Shown in pieces: positions 13,396 to 24,636 of a stretch of DNA of 54,132 nt. A model generated the notes under the pieces. The model was not told the DNA's origin and did not search any database. It saw only the letters and a list, made by a program, of their open reading frames with translations. Location: assembly GCA_000934665.2 (NCBI GenBank), contig JYFJ02002611.1:1-54132 (forward strand), written 5' to 3'. The first letter of the stretch is position 1; each line of letters starts with the position of its first letter. Made by a program: the position numbers and the translations under genes. Source of the stretch: Catajapyx aquilonaris (Eukaryota).

Positions 13396-14129
13396 TAATT
13401 GTATTGCCTAAATCTGAAAAAAGATAAACTATTGCGATATATTAGGCTATTTTCGTTGCGTATTGCCCTTATGAATTCTCCTTTGGATATTATTTGGTCA
13501 GAGTCAAATAAATACAGTTAAAACATAGGATCTGTATGTTTATTAATATAATTATTATCTCTCATCTTCATTCACATTATGCCAAAATCAGACAATATTC
13601 TCTCATACAGCATGACTACAATCTACCAGACATCGATGGTTTGTTTGTGTAACAACAGTTACTTCATCAAGATGACTTGACATGTATACGTTTCCTTGGC
13701 ACCACAGAAGGCGAAGGTGTTTGTGCGTGGTGAAGATAAACCATATTTGCTGATAAAGGCGTGTAAGCGAGACAAGAGCCTTATCAGACTGGGCGACTAT
13801 TATTTCAGGGCTTACTAACCATAAGATATGATATGACACCTCTCTCCAAGCAGGTGATAATATCCAGGTTACTGGAGATAACAATAACCTTCCCAAAATG
13901 GAGCATTACATTTAATTTTAACATAATATTATGGCTGCTTATGTGCAAATATTGTTAATATAAATAGGTCTAGTCCTTGGGGCGCAGGTCTCGAGTTCGA
14001 TACCTGGTCCCGGCTTTCTGCCAAGCCTTGCATTGAATCCAACCGTATATTAAAAGTACTGTATATCACTAAAGACACAAGATAAAATCCACTCCCAACT
14101 ATTCTTCTGCTGCTCTATTCCTCTGGCCG

Positions 14130-15170
14130 CAAAATGGCTGCCTGGAAGTGGTCAAGCTCCTGGTCAAAAGGTGAGCTGATTTCAATGTTGAGGAGACACT
14201 CCTTTGCATCTGGCAGCCAAGGTGGTCATCTGATGGTGGTCAAGCTCCGGGTCGAATGAATGAGCTGACCTCTGATGCTGAGAAGGAAATACGCCAGTAC
14301 GTCTGGCTTCTAATGTTTGGTCATCTGGTGGTGGCCAAGCTCCTGGTCCAGTGGTGAGCTGACCTCATGTGTTGATGACACTCCTTTACATATCTCGGCT
14401 AAAGTGTGGTCATCTGATGGTGGTCAAACTCCTAGTCAAATAGTGAGCTGACCTCATAGTACTCCTTTACATCTCTCGGCTAAAGTCTTGGCTAAAGTGT
14501 GGTCATCTGATGGTGGTCAAGCTCCTAGTCAAATAGTGAACTGACCTCATGTGCTCAGAAAGAAACACACCAGTACATCTGGCTTGTAACGTGTGGTCAT
14601 CTGGTGGTGGCCAAGCTCCTGGTCCAGTGGTGAGCTGACCTCATACTCCTTTACATCTCTCGGCTAAAGTCTTGGCTAAAGTGTGGTCATCTGATGGTGG
14701 TCAAGCTCCTAGTCAAATAGTGAACTGACCTCATGTGCTCAGAAAGAAACATACCAGTACATCTGGCTTGTAACGTGTGGTCATCTGGTGGTGGCCAAGC
14801 TCCTAGTCCAGTGGTGAGCTGACCTCATGTGTTGATGACACTACATATCTCGGCTAAAGTGTGGTCATTTGATGGTGGTCAAACTCCTAGTCAAATAGTG
14901 AGTTGACCTCATGTGTTGAGGACACTCCTTTACATCTCTCGGCTAAAGTGTGGTCATCTGATGGTGGTCAAGCTCCTAGTCAAATAGTGAACTGACCTCA
15001 TGTGCTCAGAAAGAAACACACCAGTACATCTGGCTTGTAATGTGTGGTCATCTGGTGGTGGCCAAGCTCCTAGTCCAATGGTGAACTTATCTGGTCGAAG
15101 TTCATTGAGACGAAGAAGGAAACACTCCTCTTCATTTGGCTGCAAAAAGTGGTCACCTGAAGTGGTTCCA
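14130..15170 (+). pseudogene. Decayed ankyrin-repeat coding sequence amplified as a tandem array
   Basis: About a dozen ~80-100-bp units translating piecewise as TPLHLAAK..GHLxVVKLLVxx(G/*)ADL, with frameshifts and stops in essentially every unit; no introns. Confidence 0.8.
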
Positions 15171-15856
15171 TAACTTGACTCTTTAATGCCATGGTCACTG
15201 GTACGACAGGCGTAAGAGACATATCTCTTGGTAAACGGAGTAGACCTATATAATGGCCGTGATGAGGCTGAAATACAAGGAAATAAGAGCCTATAATAAT
15301 TATCATTAGGTTTTCTACGCTTTTAAAATCCTCATAAGTGATAACTTTTTAAAAAATCCATACGGTACATAAATACTCACCACATTTTCATATGTGCGAG
15401 GAGTGCCTAGAATCGCAATATTTCTCGAAAAATCTATGTTGAATGTCTGCTTGTGTCCTCCATCACTGGGCTGTATGTAAAGCTGTGTGATGGTCAGCTG
15501 AAACTGCTGGTCTACATTGCAGCCCAGCAGGGTCCATCACTGGACCATCCTGAACGTGGCCGAGATTCACACAAACCTACGCAAGTCCCACATATTTCCT
15601 GTGAGGCACTTCATATCGAAGGTTGAGATAGTGAAGAGGGTAACTGATAACGATGACAAATAAATGACATAACCAACCCAGTGAACTCTTAGCACGTCCC
15701 CACTATTCTGCACAATTGGAAAAGGCTACGAGAGAAACATTTTCCAGATTTACACTTACAGTCATATTAAATATGCCACCCTACAAATATTTTGGCATTT
15801 TCTAGCAGACGCGTTACACAACATGACCATTGCCAAGCTGCCGCTGATCTACAGTA

Positions 15857-15920
15857 TCTCTATATCAATAAATAAGGAAGTTTGTGAGTTTGTTTGTCCC
15901 TTATAGAAATCCAGGGGAAG
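15857..15920 (+). mobile_element. Helitron-like 5' end fragment
   Basis: TCTCTATATCAATAAATAAGGAAGTTTGTGAGTTTGTTTGT resembles the 5' end of the element at 10626; no 3' end identified. Confidence 0.45.
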
Positions 15921-15987
15921 GCCCCTACACCGCCTTAAATTAGCATATCGGGGGTTAATTTCAGTCATTAGTGACACAAATTTTTCA

Positions 15988-16744
15988 GGGAAGAGGATGT
16001 GCCCTGGTGAGGCCTTGTCAAAAGCAGAGATCTTTTTGATCCTGACAGCAATTATGCAGCGATTTGATATGAAGATGCCGGAAGACAACCCGAATCCTTC
16101 ACTTAAATACGATCGTCCTGTATTAATAGGCCTTGAGTCATACTCGGTGTGCTTTTGGACAAAGTAGCAACAATATTGGTCAGGTCAGAGATCATCCTTG
16201 GGTGAACTCATTTGCTTGATCAAATATTTCCACAGATCATCACGACTATTGTTATTGTTCTGCTTATGGTGCTGGCTACTGCCATTGGAATAAATAAATG
16301 TGATCCGAATTATGTCCCAAATGTGGTCCAAATTTCCTCCAAAATACGTCAGAATTTCGTCTTAAATGTGATCCGAATTTTATTTTTTACTACCCTTTAT
16401 TGCAATAACTATCTAATGACATCAATTTGTAAGTGCGTGGTTTTGATTGATATTGACACAGAACTCCACCTGTCCTAAATGTCGCATTTTCATTTTGCAA
16501 GGCCTTAAATGTGTTAACTGTTGGGTCAGCTGCTTTCTTTCCCAGATTGGCAAATGTGTTCACTAATCACCTTGGATGGAACAAACTGATCAGAGGATCC
16601 GAAAACCTTCAAAGGTTTGGTAGTGAAGAGATCATCAGGCACAAGATTTTCGACCTGGACAATCCGCGAGATTTCATAGATATGTACCTCAAAGAAATAC
16701 AGAGCACAACTGATTCACATTCCACCTTTTATAAGGAAAATTGA
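15988..16744 (+). pseudogene. P450 remnants related to copy 4 (exon 9, then exon 1 and exon 5 fragments)
   Basis: GKRMCPGEALSKAEIF..PEDNPNPSLKYDRP at ~15988-16125; exon-1 fragment with ATG>ACG at ~16242; FPRLANVF..LDNPRDFIDMYLKEI at 16500-16744; other exons absent. Confidence 0.85.
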
Positions 16745-17374
16745 GGTCTTGTTATATGCTTCACTCTTCGTTACTTTACTATACACATTTATCTCAGGTT
16801 ATCCTTGAGAATAACTGCACAAAAATGGGAAATATTTCAGACAATTCATTTACATGTGAAGCTGAATTTGTACATTAGTATTGAGTTTCAGTTCAGTCAA
16901 TATTGCATCAGCAGTTTTACCTTACAGGTTTATGACGACACATCAGTCACTTATCAAGGTGAGTATACTTGCACTTTGGTTTTATATCACGTGAGGCAAA
17001 GGTGCGTAGACTATGCACAGTGAAGATATACACTATATGCCCATAGTCTGTGTAAGCAAGGCAACGAGTCTTATCAGATTGGGCAACTATTATTAGAGGA
17101 CTTACTTAGTTATGATATGACACCTGGCTCCAAGCAGGTGATAGTAATAATTATACAGGTTGCTTATTGAGATAACACGCTAAATAACTTTCCCAAAATG
17201 TGGCATTACATTTAACTTGAACATAATATTATCCTGCGTATAAGTGCATAGCTTGTGAATATACGTATAGGCCTAGCGCTTGTGGCTACCTTCATGCCAA
17301 GACCTGTATATTAAAAGTACAGTATATCTCTAAAGACTTACAATATAAAATCCACTCCCAATTATTATTCTATT

Positions 17375-17650
17375 CTGCTGGCCACAAAATGGCCACCTGG
17401 AAGTGATCAAGCTGCTGGTCCAATGCTGGTGAGAACACTCCTATTCATCTGGCAGCAAAAGTGTGGTCATCTGGCCAAGCAGGCAAGCTCCTAGTCCAAC
17501 GGTGAGCTGACCTCACGTGTTGAGATCACTCCTTTAAACTTGGCATCCAAGGTGGTCATCTGATAGTGGCCAAGCTCCTAGTCAACTGGTGAGCTGACCT
17601 GCTCAGCTTATTAGGAAATTTTTTTTCATTTGGCAGTAGAAATGGTCGTT
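17375..17650 (+). pseudogene. Second, unamplified copy of the decayed ankyrin repeats
   Basis: About three units of the same GHLEVIKLLV / TPIHLAAK type. The upstream flank 16920-17400 duplicates 13660-14150. Confidence 0.7.
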
Positions 17651-17951
17651 CGACACCTTTACGAGATGTGGAGCTCACTCTAAGCACCCAAGAATTAACC
17701 TACACAGAAACTGGGCTCACTAGTGTGCTAAAACCGGTCTTGAGACTCTACCTAGACATACCGTCAACACAACTTATATGCAGTATATCCCCATTCCATA
17801 TCAAGTGAAAGATAGACTGTGACAAAAAAAACACTGTTTGAATGTGGCGCCTTGGCACGGGGAGTAGGCCACGGCGGCAATTGTGCTGTTCAAGGTTGCA
17901 CAGGGAGTAGGCCACCATCGCTTGTTTTGTTCTGAAATGGTTCTGAACAGA

Positions 17952-18602
17952 ATGTCTGAAGAGGTCTGCAGCAAAGACGAGGACGGAAGAAGGGACCAGG
18001 GGGAGAAGAGGGAGGACGGGGAGGACTGGAGCGTGGACTGCTCGGACACGGAGGTCTACGGGAACACCCTCAAGGTACATCACGGCACTGGTCGCAACCC
18101 TTCCGCAATCTAACAAAACATCCAATAATATTACACGCAGCCCGGTGTGGAGTGGACCCCACCACCTGCGGAGATAGCCCACCTGTACGAGCACCTGGAC
18201 AAGTCCGGGGTCCTGGACCTGGAGTGGCAGTGTCCAGGAAGGCAGGCGCCAAACACCAACTCCCACCAGGACGACGAATCGGACGAGTACGACGAGGACA
18301 AGTAAGTCGCAGGACATTAAACCACAACCTAAGTGGGAATGTATCGTTATTGTTGTTACAGACCCATACAGCAATACAATAGAATCACTTGATATCACAT
18401 GTCCCTTTTGTAATTTTAAAGGCCCGAGGACAAGTCGGACTTTGACTTCTTCGATGAGCCGACAGCGCCGCGTCTTGGCCCCAGACGCACCCCAGGAGGA
18501 GAAGGGCCCAAGGGAAGCGCCAAGAAGAAGACCACATCTCTCGATGGAATCCTTTCGAACATCAGGCGGCATCGGCAGCTCAACGAGCTGGATGAATTCT
18601 GA
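17952..18602 (+). CDS. PAGR1: PAXIP1-associated glutamate-rich protein 1 (PA1) homolog, 3 exons
   Basis: Exons ~17952-18074, 18141-18301, 18422-18602 give ..DWSVDCSD..EWTPPPAEIAHLYEHL..LDLEWQCPGR..acidic..DFDFFDE..RRTPG..GSAKKKTTSLDGILSNIRRHR, the PA1 motif series. Confidence 0.8.
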
Positions 18603-18651
18603 TTTGGCACAACTTGCTTCCATTTTTGTACATATTCATTAAAAAGTCACT

Positions 18652-19652
18652 TTAAGCTGCACCGTTTTTATCTTGCTCACTCGATGTCTGCAGGATGTAC
18701 TTCTCCATCACAATCTGAGCTGCAATGTAAAAAGGTCACTCTCGTAATTGACAGCATCATTTCCAACTTACCTGATTTGCTCCCATTGGCCGCTGCAATG
18801 TCAAATGCAGTGTAGTCTTCATCATTGACTGCAGTCAGGTCTGCCCCGTGGATCAGGAGCTCATTGACCACGTGGGGGTGATTGCCATGGGCAGCAAACA
18901 TCAGAGCTGTGTTGCCGGACTAGAAGGGACGCTCCGTGAGTCCCGTGATTTTGGTCACTTGCTTGGATACTCACAAGGTCCTTCCGATGCATGTTGGCTC
19001 CTGCCTCAATGAGCAGCCTGACGAGATCATGGTGCCCTCCCGCAGCAGCAAGCAATATTGCCGTCTCCCCCCCTGGACCCTCCCTGTTCACATTGGCCCC
19101 GTACTTTACAAGCAGCTTGGCCGTCGGAAGCTGGCCGTAAGCACAGGCCCACATGAGGGGGGTCAGCCCCGACTCCTCTTCCCTCTCCTCACGCCTGCAC
19201 GGTAAATATACTATACACTAATGGGCCATGCACATGGCATAACAGCTCTGTACCCATGTGCTCCCAGCGACCGCAACTCCTGATCGGACACCTCGCCTCT
19301 TCCCGCCCGCTGGTGCAGGGACCACGCGTCCTCCGTTATCTCCAGCGACTGTCCGCTGACCTGCGTCGGGATGTTGCCTCTCTGCAGGTTGGTCAGCACA
19401 GTGTGGGCCTGCACATAAGCAACGGGTGAGCAACCGGTCCCAACATATGACCCAACCTGACCGTACCCGGTATGGCAGGAAAGCGCTCTTCCTGGACCCA
19501 TCCAACAGCTGCCATCCCGGCACCTGTGGCGACTGGTCATCCCCATCCGCCTCCTCCTCCTGCTTCCCACTTTTTCCCTTACATTTTTTGACCGGAGAGG
19601 TCACAGTGGATGGAGGTTCTTCAGGCTGACCTTCTCCGCTTGGCTCCGCCAT
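18652..19652 (-). CDS. ANKRA2: Ankyrin repeat family A / RFXANK-like protein
   Basis: Spliced product has TVLTNLQRGN, SLHQRAGRGE, GLTPLMWACAYGQ, GETAILLAAAGGHHDLV, GNTALMFAAHGNHPHVV..GADLT, typical of ANKRA2/RFXANK; stop TAA at 18654-18652. Confidence 0.82.
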
Positions 19653-19744
19653 CAGGAATGATTGACCTTTGACCGTTCCTGACGATAGATGATACTATCG
19701 AACAGACCAAGATGGCGGTCCGCTTTGTTTGAAGCCGGTCGAAA

Positions 19745-22700
19745 ATGCCCAAAAAGTGTGGCAAAAAGAAGGAAGAGGTCAAACCGGGTCGGACACTTGC
19801 GGACTTCTTCGGGGGGAACAACCAGAAGGTGGTGCTGGTGGAGTGTCCCGCCTGTGGACGGAGGGTGAGCCAAGGGAGGATCAACTGGCACCTGGACTAC
19901 GACTGCGGCACGTTGGGCACCAAGAAGGACAATGATGAGGAGAAAGAGGAACCCAATGGGGGGCACACACTGAGGCAACGGACAGCCCAGCCGGATGGAC
20001 AGAATGGAGCGGGGACGTCCACTGAGACAGAGGTCACCAGCAGCGGTGAGGAGTACTGCCCACCCGTCGCACAGAAGAGGACACCAACTAAGAAGAGGAC
20101 GCCCAAGAAGAAACTGGAGGTTGTCACTGAGGTGGTGACGCTTTCGCAGTCAAGTCGTGGCGTCTCTTCACGACCTAGTCGGTATCACATTCCAGAGGAG
20201 TTTAGTTCCTCGCAGAAGGTGTCACCGGGCAAACGAGCAAGTCGCTTCTCACCCCATCGGTACATGAATAAGAAGCGGAAGAGTGATCCGGATGCATCGT
20301 CACAATCGTCTACTGATACGACACCATCAAAGACGCCAAATAAGTCGCCGTTAACAAACTGGCTTAGCGGATCGCAGGAAAAGTCTGCAGGATCACCTAA
20401 TAAAACACAGAACAATGCAGCTTCAAAGTCACCCGGTGCGGACGCCAAATCTGCACGTCGCAACCTCTCAAAGGATCTCGAGTATGACGAGGACCAAGAT
20501 TCAGGCTATTCCCCATATTACCTCTCAAACTTTGAGTTCATCATAAACGCAGTTCTGCACGATGCGGACAACCTGCGACTTCTAGATTCAACTGACATGC
20601 AGCATATTGAAACGTTCAAATCTTTGCCAAAGAATGCGCAGAAACTGTATGTTAGGCTCTACAACCGTAAGCAGACTTGGAAGCGGAAGGGTGACATCAG
20701 GTATACTGATGTCGGCGACGTCAGCGAGACACTGGAACTGCTGGCTGAAAAGGGGCTGGTGATGGACGGTATGATCCTTCTCACAATTTATTACCAGTAA
20801 TATTTAATAACGATTCAATTTTTCAGGGTCAAATGTACCTGATCTTCAATCTGCACTGTCGCTGTTGTATGCTAAACAGATGCAAGAGCTGTGCCGTGAT
20901 ATGAAGCTTCCCATAACTGGCGGAAAGGAAGAGATGTCAGCGAGGCTTATTAAAAATGCTGCGAGGCAAAAGAGTGTATTTTTTACCAAGACTGACCTGG
21001 CCGGAGTTACTCTTAAGAAGTACGTACTTTGTCGCTTTTGTTGCTCTCGTCTGATTATGCCACATTCCTCTTCAGAGCCCTCAATTTAGTCGGAAGCTGC
21101 TTCGTACTTTCCCCTGAGCCGCGGGACACCTTCTCCCGCATGATGCTCCTCTTCTCCCTTCCGCACCGCCAAGAGGAAGACTTCGACGGCCGGCAGCAAA
21201 TGCTCACACTTCTGATGGTCAACATGGGGAAAATGACATTCCCGTACTACAGGGTGTGGAAGGAGTCCCACATTTTCAGGAGCAAGGCTGACCTCGTGCA
21301 GTGAGTACTTGCAGTAACAGGTGCTCAAACCATGTACGAATGTGAACTGTCCCTTGTTAGGTATCAAGAAGCGAATCGCCTGGAGGAGGATATGACCAAG
21401 GCATTGGAGGCGAAGAATTGGGACAAAGCGATGGAAGTTGTAGAAGCGGCCAGGAAAAAATTCGAAGCATACACAGCCGACCATGACATGCAGTAAGTTT
21501 TTACTGGACGTGTTTATCCATATCTTCTCATTGTTATTTTCTATCAACAGGCAGCATTTGGATTCGCTGCCAAAGTGGCTGCGGATGTTCAGCGCCAGAT
21601 GTGTCGCCTTCAGGGTGATGTGGCAGGGAATTCATGTGTTGCAGCGGAAGGGTGACCACGAAGGTGCTGTTAGTGAACTGCAAAGGTTGCTGGCGGAGGG
21701 TCTGCTCAGTGGCTTCAGGAAGGGAGAGGGCTACGAGCGACTCGCCCTGAATCTGTCTGTTCATCTCAAGAAGCCAAAAGAGGTCAGGATTTGCTTCATT
21801 GTACGTTTTACGTGACTCATTCCGCAACCTACCCAGGCAATGCTGGCGATACAGGAAGGCCTGTCTGATTCGGACGTGCAGGGCTGCCACAAGGTTGCCC
21901 TTTCGCAGAGAGCAGTGAGGATCTGCTCCAGAAAGACGGTTCCAAGCAAGCTGAAGAAGATAATGGATGCCCTGACCTTGTGGATTCCAGATCAACCCAA
22001 AGTGGTCACCATTCAAGGAAGGAAGTTGGAAAGGTAGCGTATGCCAGTCGTGACACTTTCACATCTAACGCACTGATTGTTCCGCAGTGTTACGGGCATG
22101 AGGAGCGTGTTTCTGCGGGAAGGTTCCTCCCCAAGTGGAACAGTCGCCTCCTTATCCTCGGTGGAGGAGTTTGCTCTGTCCCATTACCAGCTGGTGGGCT
22201 ACGAACGTGGGGTGCACGCAGAGGGAACGTTGCCAGTGAGCCTCTTTGGGATGTTCTTCTGGGACTGCCTGTACGAAGAGGAGCATCCAGACTCCTTCCT
22301 GAGCCAGTACCAGCCATACCCTCTGGACCTCTGCAGCCAAGCATTTTACGAGAGGCGGCAGGAAGGAATCGAGAGCAGGCTGTGCGACTTGTGCATGTGG
22401 GAAGTGGAGGACGCTTGCCAATACATAGAGGAATGTTGGAATCGGCATCACGGGACGCTGTCCATCATCAGCTGGGATTTGTTTGCAAGCGTCAACACTG
22501 CTAAGGTGGGACGACTCTTTGTTACGAATAAGACAAATCATCATGGACTTTTCTTCGCAGGAATTGGTTGCATGCATTGGCCTTTCCATCCTCCACGGCT
22601 TGTTTGAACGACTGGTGAAGGAGTACAGGCACTTCCGCAACGGATTCCCCGACCTGGTGGTGTGGGACCCAAGCACCAAGAGGAGCCTGTTTGTGGAGGT

Positions 22701-22889
22701 CAAAGGTCCCGGAGACACTTTGTCCACGAGGCAACTCGTGTGGATGGACTACCTCAGGACCATTGGAGCACCCGTCGAATTGTGCCGAGTCGAAGGTGAG
22801 ACCCGCAAAATGGTACAACAACCTCTCTGTACTAACACGACTCTTTCCTTTCAGCTGTGAAGGGAAAACGGTTCAAACTGGCAACGTGA
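19745..22889 (+). CDS. FAN1: Fanconi-associated nuclease 1
   Basis: N-terminal UBZ finger (CPAC..INWHLDYDC), YYLSNF and KLYVRLYNRK motifs, SAP-like helix, C-terminal VRR-NUC (GFPDLVVW..FVEVKGPGDTLS..Q..W); multi-exon, stop TGA 22887-22889. Confidence 0.92.
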
Positions 22890-24636
22890 GAATAATAAAT
22901 GTATTTAATTTGGTGCTTGTGCTAGTGAAACGAACAATGCAATTTTTCTTTTTGATAACAATATATTTACACAGAGATTCAACAAGTGGTCCACTTTACT
23001 TTCTCTCCCCTCTGCGGCAGAAAACTTGATTGTTTAAAGTTCGGTTATTTTTGAACCACTCTGTACAGTAACGGTGCCTAGTTAAATAGGTGCTAACCTA
23101 ATGATGATCATGTACACTTCACAAAAGAGGAAGGAGAGGAAGAACAAAAAATGCAATTATCTTAACTCTTTTCCTACATCACAGCTCAACATCTAAATGC
23201 AATTATTTTTTTTCCATACTTAAAGCTAAGTATAGAAGCTATTAACTGGAAAGTATTTGCTACGCATGGTCGAACTCCAGGACTTGATGGAATGATCTTC
23301 TTTCTAGCCAGTGTTACGTGAGAAGCAATATTCCGAGATTTACAAACAACATAAAATTATTCGCAGGTTGCGACAATTGTAACAAGATTTTTACCTGATG
23401 TTCAGCATGGTTTTTGTACTTAGCCAACAATCAGTTAATCATATTCAGTCATACAAAAGTTATCGTAACTTATTACTACTTTTGTAGCTGTGGGATCTTG
23501 ATATCCCTTGATCGTAAACAACTTCGTAGACGCTTACAATCGAGGGCGTTTTACAATCGTATGACCACAAGTACACCACACAATTCTACGGGCCAAAGAA
23601 AATGTTAAAATTCAGCTGGACGATGCGTGTTCCAGTCCGCCGTATGTGAGAAGGTGTGAAAAGTACATGAAATTGGGGGCACATTTAGAATCCTGTTTTT
23701 TGTCCGCAATCCGAAGCTGCATAGACAGCATGAAAGCAGCCTCAAGAGGACTTGAACCCGTTAACAGTACAAGCTGTTGAATTAATTGTGATCGGAAACA
23801 CATACGCACCCTTGATGGTTGATGAAAACTACCTACGTTACTATTGCTGTCTATTCAATAATGCACACAATTTACACAAGGAACTAACAATGCCATTTTT
23901 CACACTTTTTTTGGAGGTCTGGATGCCACATTGTCGCTAAGCTATTTTCATTTGGTCCGTAGCATCATTGTACAATTATGAAACACCTTACAGAGCATTG
24001 TCACCGGAACTAAAATTCATTTCTACATATGAGAAGGACAGTACGTATAGACACGCCACAACAGATCGGATGATGCATAGAAGAGCAGACTGTGCGGTGA
24101 TTGGGTGGCTTTTTGGGCACATGTGTAATAATTGTACATTAAGTGCAGAACTTACCTGATGCAGCTTGCATTTCAAACTCAAGTTACACAATTTCGTACG
24201 AGACTGTACCGTCTCATATTCTACGATGAACCTGTGTGTGGTTATTAGAGCTTCTGGTAAACAGCCATGAGTATACCGAAACATTTACAGACTTACATTA
24301 TTAACTGGGACGTACCTTTTGACTCTCTTTGTGCAATGATTAAGTCATTTAGGGCGAGTCAAAAATACTGCTCATCCGCTGGTGATTTTTCTGCAATCAG
24401 AAGCCGTTAATCCGTCACTTAGACTAATGGTAGTACCAAGTAAATATAAAGAGATATTGCTACTTTGGCTTGCTCAATAATATTGCCTCAGCCTGCGGGA
24501 GGCGAGAGAGCGCAAGTCCTGGCTCGACCAGCCAATTCCTCACGTGCAATCCAACTGAAAAGCACCTCTACAATTAAATTTTTGCATCGACTAGAAACAG
24601 ACTTGTCTCAGGTTCACACGAAGAAGTGTGATCAAG

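Noticed and set aside
14130..15170. CRISPR-like repeat/spacer appearance
   Set aside because: Inter-repeat segments are themselves repeated, units translate as ankyrin consensus, the context is eukaryotic, and there are no cas genes.
17748..18623. 291-aa minus-strand ORF
   Set aside because: Antisense shadow of the PAGR1 exons with no recognisable motifs.
22890..24636. Short ORFs between FAN1 and GNB5
   Set aside because: AT-rich with no splice-consistent model; most likely the GNB5 3'UTR and intergenic DNA.
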